NCBI RefSeq assembly: GCF_009914755.1
Contig: NC_060931.1
DNA from: the human T2T-CHM13v2.0 reference genome, Homo sapiens
Direction: 5' to 3' (one strand)
Length of the DNA: 64,000 nucleotides
Shown here: positions 17,839 through 33,480 of the stretch, one piece after another
Layout: every line of letters begins with the position of its first letter
How positions within the stretch are numbered: the first letter of the stretch is position 1
Position numbers and translations under genes: made by a program
Notes under the pieces: model-generated
Databases searched by the model: none
Seen by the model: the letters and a program-made list of their open reading frames with translations, nothing else
What the model was told of the DNA's origin: nothing

Positions 17839-18267
17839 CTATACAGCTTGGTTTTATACATTTTGTGGAGATAGAAGTTATAGGCAAAGACATAGATCAA
17901 TATATGTAAGGTATACATTGGTCTGGCCCAGAAAGACAGGACATCTTAAGGCAGGCACATACCAATCATATGTAGATTCTAAGATTTTCTGATTGGCAAT
18001 TGGCTGAAAAGAGTTAAGTTTTGTCTAAAGACTTGAAGTCAGTGGAAAGAAATGCTAGAGTTAGGATAAGGAAGAACTGGAAGCCAGGATTGTAGCCTTC
18101 AGACAGAATAGATGGTAAGTGTCCCTTTTTGGATCTTAAGAGGTGTCAGACTTTGAGTTAATCACTTCTAGATTCAGGAAAGGCCTGGCTGCATTAATGG
18201 AGATTCTCTACAGATACAAATATCCCCCATAAAATATGGCTTTATGGGGCCATCTTAAAATATGACA

Positions 18268-18636
<369 letters not shown>

Positions 18637-19861
18637 TCATGTAATGCTAACCAGAGTCAGGTTAGAATTTGGTACCTTACTTCAGTAAAGTGTCTGTTTG
18701 GTCAGTCCTAGGATCTCTATTTTAATGTTACTGCTGGTGAGTTGTGCCTACATCCAAAAGGAGAGGAAGTATAAAGAGGCTTGCCAAACCTCCCTTCCCA
18801 TCATGGCCTGGAATTCAGTTTTTCAGATTTCTCTGGGGTCCCTCCTTGGCCAAGTCGGGGTGTCCATCCAATTGGTTGGAACACTTAAGATTTTATTTTT
18901 TGCATGCAAGTGTATTGCAAGAACTGGGAGGACCTGACAAAGCAACCATTTATCAGGGCACTATTCGCCTGAAGATTTCATAAGCTTTGTGGGTAGAAAG
19001 CTCTTGGGACAATGGTCATCCAAGACTAAGATTCTTAAACCAGTTGGAGAGTAGAGCACCTCCCCTACACTGCTCGCCTGGACAATATAATAAAAATGCT
19101 AGTCATGGGACTCAGACCTGAGAAGATTGTTGGTTGTTGGTTAGGAGGACACATTTTCAGGCATTTGCCATCTCTTCTGAAGGGAATTGATTCAAGATCC
19201 TAAAGAGAGTGATCGTAAGACCCTAGGAAACTCAGAAAGGGTGTACAAGAAACTGGGTGAGCAGAGCTATCCATCACAGTGGCCTCTAAGGAGGTATGCA
19301 CCACAGCTAGGCAGAGGGCCATTGCCTACCCCAGTGTGAACAATTGGCATGCAGAAGCTGCAAAAAGCATGTGGCAGTAACATCGACTCAGCCTACTGTG
19401 GTGAAAGGTCGCATGAGACCATGCATTGGCGAGGACAGGAAAAGAGGAAAAGGCACAGTGGGAGTGTCCAGCTGTGACCTTGGAGCAGTTGAAGAGGCAG
19501 GAGTGGCTCAGGCTAGGAGGTAGGGAAGAGCTGGGTGGGATCAGTGATAGCTAGAGAATTTCAGTGACCTCCTGAAATTCAGGAGTGTAAGCTGCTCTGC
19601 GATACCTGAAGGTGGAAGTCATAGAAGGGGCTGAGAGATCAGAAGTTTCCTCTTTCTACCTGACTATATCTTACTCAACCTTTGAAATCCAGTTCCAAGG
19701 ACACTTCTCAAAGTGTTTTTTTTTATTTTTTTATTTTTTAGAACTGGGTCATCTTCTTTCAAACTCCCCAAGCTCCCAGAGCTCTTAACCTTATTGCAAT
19801 ATTATCTTCTGTCTTGTACTTTGGCTGTCTTTGGTCTTATTTTCCCTGTTAATTTTTCTAG

Positions 19862-20404
<543 letters not shown>

Positions 20405-20438
20405 TTCTTCTTCTTTCCTCTTTCTTCTTTCTTCTTCT

Positions 20439-20505
20439 CCTCATGACCTGTCCACCTCGGCCTCCCAAAGTGCTGGGATTACAGGCGTGAGCCACAGCAC
20501 CTGGC
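20439..20505 (-). mobile_element. Duplicated Alu 5' fragment
   Basis: Repeats the last ~65 bp of the preceding antisense Alu. Confidence 0.8.
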
Positions 20506-20625
20506 TTCTTCTTCCTCCTCCTCCTCCTCCTCTTCTCCTTCTCCTCCCCCTCCTTCTTCTTCTCTTCTTCTTTTCTTCTTCTTCCCCTTCTTCCTCTTCT
20601 TCTTCTTCCTCTTTCTCTTCCTCTT
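20506..20625. repeat. (TTC/TCC)n polypyrimidine tract
   Basis: Direct reading. Confidence 0.93.
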
Positions 20626-20933
20626 ATTTTTTATTTTTATTTTTTGGAGACAGAGTCTTGCTTTGTTCCCCAGGCTGGAGTGCAGTGATGTGATCATAGC
20701 TCACAGTAGCCTAGACCTCCTGGGCTCAAACAATCCTCCCACCTCAGCCTCTCAAGTAGCTGGGATTACAGGCACACAATGCTATGCCCAGCTAATTTAT
20801 TTTATTTTATTTTTTGTAGAGATGGGGTCTCACTGTGCTGCCCAGACTGGTGTTGAGCTCCTGACCTCAAGTGATCCTCTCACTTCAGCCTTCCAAGTAC
20901 TGAGATTCCAGGTGTGAACTACCATGACAAGCC
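20626..20933 (-). mobile_element. AluJ
   Basis: J diagnostics (gatcatagctcac, ctcctgggctcaa). Confidence 0.92.
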
Positions 20934-21784
20934 ATGATATTGTTTTTGAATGAATGAATGAATGCCTAATGAAGGAAGTCAGATGGAGACCAGATTAGGG
21001 AAGAGAATGGAGTGTTCTCGTTGGTTCTCCAGGAAAGAAATCACTGTGGCTTTGACTCCACTGCAGCCTTATTTTCCCAGGAGGCGTCAAGTCTCACTCC
21101 TATTGAGAGAGCCAAGAGATGGAGGGAGGGAGACAGCCAGTGCCTGTGGATCAGTCCACATCAGAGGAAATGCTCTTGACAGGGTCAACATGGTGCCTGG
21201 CAGGCATGGCCATGGGTACTTGTCATTCCCAAGGCATTCCCATGAATTAGAAGCAGAGGACGCAGGGAAAGAAACTCATCCCAGAGGCTAGGGATGGAGG
21301 GAAAAACACTCATCTGGGAGGCTAGAGGATGGAGGGAAGGGGAGGGGAGCACTGTGGCCGGAGACAGCACCTAGGCTAACTAATTAAACCCTTTGGTATC
21401 TGGGCCCTCCAGCACAAGCAGATTATCACTGCTGAATCAGCTTCCTGCCAAGACGAGACTCACACTCTTTTTTTTCCTGCTTGATTTGCTTAATGGAAGC
21501 TGACAGTGAAGTTCAACCCTGATTGTCAGATTTCAGTAGGAACCTCAAGGGGGGAGAAGAAGGCAGACATTTGAGGAATTAAAAATAGCACACATAATGA
21601 GATCCTTTATTTAGCTGAACCACTTCTTTAATATTTCACTTCTCTCTCTCTTGTACACACACACACATACAGAGTTGTGCACACAAACATCTGATTTTCA
21701 CTTAGGCTGGAGGCCTTGCCAGAGTCCTGTGGGGAAGCCAGAACATTCATCTTAGATAGTAGAAATCTGCAAAAGAGGAGGTCC

Positions 21785-22093
<309 letters not shown>

Positions 22094-22239
22094 TGATTTT
22101 AACCAATTAGGTCACTGCATTCCACACAGAGTTTAGAAAGAAACAGGCTACAGGGCAGGAGGCTGTGAAATAGGCTGATTGCTCAAGTTGAGTAAAGTCC
22201 CTGGAGCCCCTCCCTGTTGGCTTACAGCACTATCAATAT

Positions 22240-22365
22240 CTAAGGGCTTCACATGTATTAATTTGTGTAAACCTCATCACAGCCCTGTGAGATGCAGATA
22301 CTCATGTCCCCACCTTACAGATGAGGCAACTGAGGCACCAAAGAATTAAGTACCTTGCTGCAAGT
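22240..22365 (-). mobile_element. MIR
   Basis: ccttacagatgaggcaactgaggcac core. Confidence 0.75.
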
Positions 22366-22517
22366 TGTCACAATGAATACATGCTGAACCTGCACTACAC
22401 ACTTTTGACACCAAACTTGTGTGGGTTTTCCACACCCAACAATTCTCCAGTTTTCTGTGGATACCAGTTGGGTGGTTCACATGGGTTTACTACATTTGTT
22501 GATTTATTATAAGAGAT

Positions 22518-23537
22518 TTATTTTATTATTTTATTTCAGTAGTTTTTGGAGAGCAGGTGGCTTTTGGTTACATGGATAAATTCTTTTTCTTTTACTTGAG
22601 ATTCTGGGATACATGTGCAGAACTTGTAGGTTTGTTACACAGGTATACATGCGCTGTGGTTGTTTGCTGCACCTATCAACCCATCATCTGGGTTTTAAGC
22701 CCCGCATGCATTAGGTATTTGTCCTAATGCTCTCCCTCCCCTAGCCCCCCACCCCACAACAGGCCCCAGCGTGTGATGTTCCCCTCCCTGTGTACATGTG
22801 TTCTCATTGTTCAACTCCCACTTATGAGTGAGAACATGCGGTATTTGGTTTTCTGGTCCTGTGTTAGTTTGCTGAGAATGATGGCTTCCAGTTTCATCAA
22901 TGTCCCTGCAAAGGACATGAACTCATTCTTTTTTATGGCTGCAATGGACAAATTCTTTAGTGGTGATTTCTGAGATTTTGGTGCACCCGTCACCTGAGTA
23001 GTGAGCCAATGTGTACACTGTATCCAATGTGTAGTGTTTTATCTCTCACCCCTCTCCCACCCTTTCCTCTGAATTCCCAAAGTCCATTATATCATTCTCA
23101 TGCCTTTGTGTCCTCATAGCTTATCTCTCACTTACAAGTCAGAACATACGATATTTGGTTATTTGGTTTTGCCTTCGTGAGTTACTTCACTTAGTGAATA
23201 ATGGTCTCCAACTTCATCCAGGTTGCTGTGAATGTCATTATTTCATTCATTTTCATGGCTGAGTAGTATTCCATGGTGTATATATAACACATTTCCTTTA
23301 TCCACTCATTGATTGATGGGCATTTAGGTTAGATCCGTATTTTTGCAACTGCGAATTGTACTGCTATAAACATACTTGTGGGAGTGTCTTTTTTATATAA
23401 TGATTTCTTTTCCTTTGGATAGATATCCAGTAGTGAGATTGCTGGAACAAACGGTAGTTTTGCTTTTAGTTCTTCAAGGAATCTCCATACTGTTTTCCAT
23501 AGTGGTTTTACTAGTTTACATTCCCACCAGCAGTGTA
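22518..23537 (-). mobile_element. L1PB 3' fragment
   Basis: ttctttagtggtgatttctgagattttggtgcaccc L1PB 3'UTR plus ORF2 C-terminal remnant ([11 protein letters not shown]). Confidence 0.9.
22587..22943 (-). mobile_element. L1PA (PA7/8-like) 3' end nested in L1PB
   Basis: TSD atgga(t/c)aaattcttt at 22572-22586 and 22944-22958. Confidence 0.9.
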
Positions 23538-23698
23538 AAAGATAAAAATGAAGAGTAGATGAAGAGGTACCTAGGGCAACGTCTGGAAGGGTTCTGGGAA
23601 CCGGAGCTTCTATCCTCATGTAGTTGGGATGCACCACCCTCCAAGAACATAGAACCCTTCATCAACTCAGAAGTTCTCTGGATCTCACAGTTAAGGGA

Positions 23699-25514
23699 CC
23701 TTATGGGGGCTTTGTAACATAGGTTTGATCAATTATTATTAACTTAATCTCTAGCCTCCCTCCCTTCCCTAGAAGAGAGAAGTAGAGCTGAAAGTTCCAA
23801 GCTTCTAATCATGGGCTGGTCGTTCCCTAGTGGCCAGCCCCCATCTTAAAGCTCTCCAGGAGCCCACCAAGAGTTGACTCATTAGAATCAAAGATGCCGT
23901 TATCACCCAGGAAATTTGAAGGGATTTAGGAGCTCTGGGTAAGATGCTTCTTTCACCCCTATCACTCAGGTAATTGCAAGGGTTTAAGGAGTTCTGTGTC
24001 AGGAACCAGGGACAGAGACCATGTCTATGTTTCTTATTGTGCTATGGTGTTCACCACAGAACACTAGGTACAGGACAGGCAGGGAGGTAAAAAGAAGAAA
24101 ACCCAATTAATGACTCAAGGAACTTGAACTTACTACTCTCTGTTGACCTGTTTATATGCTGCTAATGTGGCCATGTTTGGGAACCACACAGATCACCACT
24201 TGAGATGCCTGCATTTCTCACCGTGGACATCTTCATGGTTCTGTTGGTCTCTCCACCACAGATAAATCTCCACTCTTATTTTTAGGATTCTGAACTCAAA
24301 GTAGCCCTGGCAAACTCACCTACTCTCTTCCTTCCCCACTGATATAGTTTGGCTCTGTGTCGCCACCCAAATCTCATCTCCAATTGTAATCCCCATGTAT
24401 CCAGGGAGGGACTTGGTGGGAGGTGATTGGATCATGAGGGTGGTTTCCCCCATGCTGTTCTTGTGATCCTGAGTGAGTTCTCACAAGATCGGATGGTTTA
24501 AAGTGTTTGACAATTCCCTCCCACCCCCTCCTGCCACCTTGTGAAGAAGGTGCTTGCTTCTCCTTCACCTTCCGCTATGATTGTAAGTTTCCTGAGGCCT
24601 CCCCAGCCATGCAAAACTGTGAGTCAATTAAACCTTTTATCTTTATAAATTACCCAGTCTTAGGTAGTTCCGTATAGCAGTGTGAAAATGAACTAATACA
24701 CCCACCCTATGAAAAGGACAATTTTCATACACATTTACATTTGTGATTATTGAGAAAAAATTTGTAAATTCACCCTCTACTCATTGTTATGCAAAGCCAC
24801 CAAGCCGCCCACTTTTTCAAGTGTATCTGAGTGATGTTTAATTAACACAAATATTTAACTGTATTTCCAAGAAGCAGGCATTATTTTTATTATTCATCAG
24901 TTTCCAATTGTCCATGGAGTGGTAACTTTCAAGACAGAACAAATAATAATAATCATGACAGGAAGAATTTCCCAATCTTTGCTCACTTCATGTTCCATCT
25001 GCTCCACTACCAAAGTGACTAGGAAATTGGCCAGAGGGCTGGGGATAAGACGCCAATAGCAAGAGAAGTCCCACTCAGTGAAACCAGTGGGACCCAACCA
25101 GCTCCTCACCTGTCAGTCAAGCTCACTACCTCCCTGCTTCTCCTATGCCTAGTATTCTATGGTGAGCACTATGGCACAATGAGAAACATAGATATGATCT
25201 CTGTCCCTGGTTCCTGAAACAGAACTCCAGAAATGTTTGTAGTTTCTTGAGTGATGAGGGTGATAGAAACATCTTACCCAGAGTTCCTAAATCTCTTCAA
25301 ATTTTTGGGGTAATAAGAGCATCTTTGGTTCTAATGAGGCAACCCTTGGTCAACTTATGGAGAGCTTTAGGATCACGACTGGTCACTAGAAAGCCTAAGC
25401 CATGGTTAGAAGCTTGGGATTTTCAGCTTCATTCCTACCCTCCAAGGAGGGGAGAGGGGCAGGAGAGTAAGTTAACAATAATGATCAAACCTATGTGATG
25501 AAGTCTTCATAAAG
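23699..25514. repeat. Inverted duplication IR1 (arms 23699-24089 and 25127-25514)
   Basis: Arms are reverse complements (~80% by hand alignment), and homology continues past the MER21 terminus into flanking DNA. Confidence 0.9.
24340..24700 (+). mobile_element. THE1D-like MaLR solo LTR
   Basis: tgatatagtttggctctgtg...aactaataca; perfect TSD cccac. Confidence 0.9.
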
Positions 25515-25631
25515 TCATTCAACACCTATCACAGCTTCTACTTTCTCCCTACCATAGAATTGAACTGATCACCACCAACACTGCTACAGAGATCCCAGAG
25601 GAATGCAAATAAAATTAAGAGAATGTACATG

Positions 25632-25756
25632 CCCAGCTCTTAGGGAGGTGGAAGTGGTAAGATCGCATGAGCCCAGGAGTCCGAGAGCTGACTGGGTAAC
25701 ATAGCAAGATCCTGTTTTTCACAAAAAGGAGGAAAAAAAAAAAAGAAAAAGAAAAG
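25632..25756 (+). mobile_element. FLAM/FAM Alu monomer fragment
   Basis: gagcccaggagtccgag...ctgggtaacatagcaagatcctg plus A-tail. Confidence 0.7.
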
Positions 25757-26207
25757 AATGTACACACAAAAGAGAAAGAAAGAAGGGGCATGGATGTGGG
25801 GGGGCTGTTGTTAGTTGTTGAGGGGGTCTCAATGCATGCAAGAAGATGAACGTCAGATGAAAGTACATGGATGGATACAACAGAAACATCCCCAGCCCAG
25901 AATATGCTAAAGAAGAGATGTCATGGTGTGGGAACTTGTCTCCTGGGAAGAGCTCAGGACATACCCTAGACTAGAGGTCTGGGAGAATAGAGGTTGAGAG
26001 TGAGAGGGGGAGCCTAAGCAAAGAACTGAATTGAGCATGTATTTGTTCTCCAAACAGATACTCCACTTAGGGCTCCACTCTATGCTTTGTTCTTCATAGA
26101 GTAGAAACTAGTGAGGTTCCAGGATAGAACCCAGGAAGCAGATGGACTGAGATGGAGAAAAAAACTTGGGAGGTTCCAGGAAAGTTTTTTTCCAGTAAGC
26201 AAATTGG

Positions 26208-26792
<585 letters not shown>

Positions 26793-27255
26793 TTAACCCT
26801 TCAAAAGGAAATGTAACCCTAGATTACTATCTGGCTCTGCAATCTGAGAAATTGACGTAGTCATGATAAGTGAATGTTTTTGTTGTTTTTCCTTTCGTTG
26901 TTTTTGTTGTTGTTGTTGTTTTGTTTTGGATAGGTTTGGTTTTCAAGATTTAGAATTAATCTATGGGAAAAATAAAGAAGTTCTCTTTTTGGTTATGAGG
27001 CACAATTGCATTTGTGTTTTCCATCTTAATAGTGTAAAAACTGTGATTTTATTTCTTAAAAGAAGTTGGAGAACAGAGAGAAGGATAGAATCAAGGAGAG
27101 AAAGGGATGTGATTGCTAAAAGCCTCAACTTTGATGGTCTGGAGTCAGCACTCCTCTAAAATTGAGACAAGAAAAAACAAAAGTTTAAATATGTTATTTA
27201 AAATTGTAAGGGGTAACCATGAAAATAACTACAAAATATAAATATAAAAAAGTAA

Positions 27256-27786
<531 letters not shown>

Positions 27787-28616
27787 CTATCAAAGGAGAA
27801 GCCTGTTTCTTTGTTGTTAAAGACTTTTTGAACTCTGATGTTTTTATAGGTACATTTGATTTTTTCATTAAAATTTAAATTTCAAAAATTAAAAGGTCAT
27901 TCTAGCAACAAAATGTAAAAGAAAATAACAATGTGAGCATTACATTCTCTCCTGGGAAACTGTGACTTAGCTGAAGATAACAGATTCATCTGCTTTAGAC
28001 CAAATTTGAGAATCTTAAATTTTGCACACGACTTGGATTTTCATAAATTAATAAAAATGCACCAGTGACTCTTGCACTTTACTTTTGACCTCGGTCTCAC
28101 TGCGTGGGTGACATGCTTTTGCAGAATCTTCTCATGCCTGTTCCAAGGCACCATGCAGTCAGCTTATCAAATAACCCTCCATTTGGTCTCCCTCATAAAT
28201 CACACCCAGAGTCCCATCACGTAGGAGACACTCATTTTTCTGCTCCTGTTCCTTTCCCATGTAAGATCCTGACCTTCAGATATCATATAAGTTCATCTCA
28301 TACAGAGGCTTCCCGTCTGATTTTAATTCCCTTCCCTCCCTGCTTCCTGCAATTATTCCCCACTGCCCACTCGCGCCTGCTACAGTCATCGGCAAGACCA
28401 TCTCTGATTCTCTTTCTTTTATTTCTTCCAAGGCCAGTCAGATAGCAGCCTTCAAAGCCACAGCGATGGCAAAGAAAGAGAAACAGCTAAGAAATGCAGC
28501 TGGTGATGCAGGTATTACTTCCTTTCTATTATAGACAAGAAATCAAACTTTGTAAAAGTTAGGCACCTGCTCTGGTCACACTGCTGCTATGGAAATGCTT
28601 AGTTTGCTAGATCCAG

Positions 28617-28746
28617 TTTTTCTTTTTAAAGAGACAGGGTCTCACTAAGTTTCCCAGGCTGGTCTGGAGCTCCTGGGCTCAAGCAATCCTCCTGCCTCAG
28701 CCCCTCAAAGTGCTGGGATTATAGGAGAGAACCACCACGCCCAGCC
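28617..28746 (-). mobile_element. FLAM_C inserted in a MIR
   Basis: Monomer; TSD ctag(a/g)tcca. Confidence 0.85.
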
Positions 28747-28889
28747 CCTAGGTCCAAATTTGAAATCATGTCTATCTAACTTCTTGTGTCTTTTAAAAAT
28801 ATAAACCCACAGTGCAATTCCTTTGTGGCTAGCTTTTAACATAAGGTAACTGACATTGAATAACAAAATGGAGTAGAATATTGCTGTAT

Positions 28890-29822
<933 letters not shown>

Positions 29823-30215
29823 ACTGGCTTGTAGAAAATCAGCAACTTGGAGCTGGTACCACATGTTGGGAATGAGAAAAAAATCCAGGATTCTTTTATG
29901 GATCTGGGGTCTGATCTTGGTTCTATGAGCAATTAACGCATTTTGTTTGCATTTTTCTCATTTATAAAACAAGATGGTTTACTGGATAATCATTAAGTTC
30001 TCTTCCGACCCTGAATAATTTATATTCCAGAAAGAAATAAAGCCCATTAAGGTAATTTTCAAGTTCAGATATCTTGCAAATCACTGAGGTGAATGCGGTG
30101 GAAAAGTGGATTTAACGTTAAATAGTAAGACAATAATTTAACTAAAAATAAAATCTTCATATTCTAACACAAAGCTTGATATTGTCCAGTATGAAATGGA
30201 TTTAAGGTACTGTAG

Positions 30216-30913
30216 TGTATTCATCTGCTTGGAGTGCCATAGCAAAAAGCCACAGGCGGGGTAATGTACAAGAAACAAAAATTTATTTCTCACAGTTCTG
30301 GAGGCTGGGAAGTCCATGACCATGGTGCCAAAAATGTAGGTTTTATTCTAGGACATCTTGTCTTGGTTCCTGGGTAACCGCATCTCACTGCCCACTCACA
30401 TACTTTCTGGGATAAAGACATCTCTCTGGTCTTTCTTCCTTTCTTTCCTTCCTTCCTTCCTTCCTTCCTTCCTTCCTTCCTTCCTTCCTTCCCCTTCCTT
30501 CCGTCCTTCTTTCCTTCGTTTCTTTCTTTCTTTCTCTCTCTCTCTCTTTCTCCCTCTCTCTCTCTTTCTCCTTCCTTCCTTCCTTTCTTCCCCTTCCTTC
30601 CATCCTTCTTTCCTTCCTTTCTCTCTCTCTTTCTTTCTCTTTCTTTCTCCCTCTCTCTCTCTTTCTCCTTCCTTCCTTCCTACCTTCCTTCCTTCCTTCT
30701 TTCCTTTTCTTTCCGTCTTTCTTTGAATATCGAGAGGCAAAGATGATGTGTCTTCTTATAAGTTCACTAATTCTATAGAATCAGGGCCCTACCCTTGTGA
30801 TTTCACTCAACCTCAACTACTTCCTTAGAGGCCCCACCTTCAATTACAGCCATACTGGGGGTTGGAACTTCAACATATGAATGTTGAGGGCACACAAACA
30901 TTCGATCCATAAC
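30216..30913 (-). mobile_element. MLT1A-like MaLR LTR containing a simple-repeat expansion
   Basis: atttatttctcacagttctggaggctgggaagtcc; ttcaacatatgaat...cacaaacattc..tccataaca. Confidence 0.8.
30430..30724. repeat. (TTCC/TC)n polypyrimidine tract
   Basis: ~295 bp nearly pure C/T. Confidence 0.95.
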
Positions 30914-30996
30914 ACAGAGCATCAGAAGATAGTGGCATGGGCACATCAGATTTGAATTGCTAAATTATTTCTCCTAAGAAGAGTGGGGAAAAAAAA

Positions 30997-31297
30997 GGCT
31001 GGGCGTGGTGGCTCATGCCTATAATCCCAGCATTTTGGGAGGCTGAGGTGGGCAGAAAACTTGAGCCCAGGACTTCCAGACCAGCCTGAGCAACATGACT
31101 AAACCCAGTCTCTACAAAAAACACAGAAATTAGTTGAGCATGATGGCACACAGCTGTAATCCCAGCTACTCCTAGGGAGGCTGAGGTGGGAGAATCATCT
31201 GAGCCCAGGAAGGTTGAGTTTTCTGTGAGCTGAGATTGTGCCATTGCACTCCAGCCTGGGTGACAACAGGGAGATTCTGTCTCAAAAAAAAAAAAAG
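30997..31297 (+). mobile_element. AluJ
   Basis: gagcccagga in both arms; TSD gggaaaaaaaa. Confidence 0.92.
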
Positions 31298-33220
31298 GGA
31301 AAAAAAAGTGAAGAAAATACCCTTGTATAAACTTTAAGTCCAAAATAATACAGAGCTATGCTGTCTCAGATTTTAGAATGCATAAGGAACATCTACAGAG
31401 ATTGCTTAAACATATAATTTACTGTGAAATTAGCTCTCGGATTGCTTGTGACCAGAGCAAAAAAGAAAACATGCCGGTTATATACCTTCCAGTGTCCATA
31501 AGGAGGTTTTATATGGATCCTTTATGGGAACTAAATTTTTGCCATTAATTAATTCTAAAATAAATGTATCATCTTTACGTCAATGAGAAATGAATGAACG
31601 GTGCTCTTAACAAAATCCTGATAGTAACAAAGCTATTTCTCATATCATCTCTCAATAAACTATAATGTCAAAACACAATCAATAAAACCATTTTTCTGGA
31701 ATGATGGATTATAGAATGTTTTTTAATACATATAATTTTGTTTCTTCCAAATGCATAGAATAATTAAAACTAGGTTAACAAAACATTGCATAACCAAAAT
31801 CCACGGGCAACATACTTTTAGATAAATAAGACATTAGTGATAAGCATGACTCTCTCTCTCTCTCTTTTTTTTTTCAGAAACGATATTTCTGCAAACCTTT
31901 TTTAAAAAGTTGTTTTTCCTTTAAGCAGTTTAATCATTCTCCTGGGGCTTTGGTTTATATGAGTAATTTGCATAGAAACTCTTTGCTTTTGGAGGCCCAT
32001 GGGTTGTATTTTGAAGTAGGAATGTTAATGAGAGGACAGGCTGTATCAGATTTGGAAATACTATGTTCCATATCTTTTATATTTAGTGTATGTAACTAAA
32101 TGTAGTTTACAACTAAATGTACCCTGACGCTTGTCTTTGTGGTATCTACCGACACGTAGCGAAAAGTCTTATTGATAAAATATTCATGAAATTTCACCTT
32201 GAGATAACAGATTGCAATGGATGGGACATAGTTCTCTAGTCCTAAGTCTTCTTCATAATATTGGCTAAAAACATTCCCAGACAAATGTTTTTGTGTTTAG
32301 CAATTATGTTACCGGGTGATGTTGCCTGTTTTGAGCCAAGTGAGTAAGTGGCTTGGTACTGTCACCTTTCTAGGACAGATACTTGCATTTCCTAAATTTC
32401 TGCTGTGTGGCTGAATCTAGTCACTGAAACTGAAAATGTTCACAGACTATGTTTGTCTCCCATTGACATGGATTGGCCACAAAGATTTGTGATGGGTTCC
32501 AAAAGCATGCATAGACTCAAATTATCTATTTTTAGATCAGGACTGTCTCATTAGATCACATCAGTGGAAATTCAGCTCAGAATCCAGTACATACAATCAC
32601 CCCTAATTGCACTAGACATTCCATAGACAAGTTCATATTTTTGATCTTTGCTATCGTACCTACCCAGCCATTTTTTCACCCAGTCATTTATTCAAAAAAT
32701 GTAAACTCTGTACTGAGGGAAATATAAGACCAAACCTCACTGTGTTTGTCCTAACCCTTTATCCTACAGTATTTATATTAGGAAGGGAGAATAATTCTAC
32801 TATTCAGGGATCTGGTGGACAATATCAGCAACTCTTTTCATATCCGTGAGGATTTTACAGACTTGAATTATGTTTTCTTTGCCTTTCCTATCTAATTCTA
32901 ATCCTTTTTATGTTCCTCCCTGGAAGCTGTTTGAATCATCTGATACTTAACTGGCAGAAAATCATTCCAGACCCAGTGTTTCAGGGAATCAAAGAAATCC
33001 AGGAAAAAAGAGACCCAGATTCTCTAGTGTCTCCTGTCAGTCACCTTTCCTAATGCTCTCCATTTTCAGTTAGCTTCTCATTTATACATCCAGGCCAAAA
33101 AGACCCCAAGCCCCTGCTACACATATAGATGCCAATTTCATTGAATGGATCACTGAAATCCAATTATGGTGCTGTAATAATACACACCAATATTATTTGA
33201 TATATTTAATTCTAATAAAA

Positions 33221-33480
33221 GCCGAGGTGGGAGGGTCACTTAAGGCCATGAGTTCAAGACCAGCCTGGACAATATAGCAAGACTCCATCTCTACAAAGAA
33301 TTACAAAAATTAGCTGGGTACGGTAGTGCACATCTGTAATCCCAGCTACTCAGGAGGCTGAGTGGGAGGATTGCTGGAGCCCAGGAAGTCACTGGTACCA
33401 TGAGCTATGATTCTGCCACTGTACTCCATCTTAGGTGACAGAGTGAGATCCTGTCTCTAAAAAACTTAAAAAAGTAAAAA
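33221..33480 (+). mobile_element. AluJ, 5' truncated
   Basis: J diagnostics (atagcaagac, gagctatgat). Confidence 0.9.

Larger units (their letters stand above)
22366..24045 (-). mobile_element. MER21-family LTR interrupted by L1PB
   Basis: gacaccaaacttgtgtgggttttccacacccaacaattctcc; ggagttctgtgtcaggaaccagggacagagacc. Confidence 0.8.

Noticed and set aside
18910-19630. Purine-rich unique-looking segment, possibly an ancient LTR/internal fragment
   Set aside because: Could not be matched to a family or given any structure with confidence.
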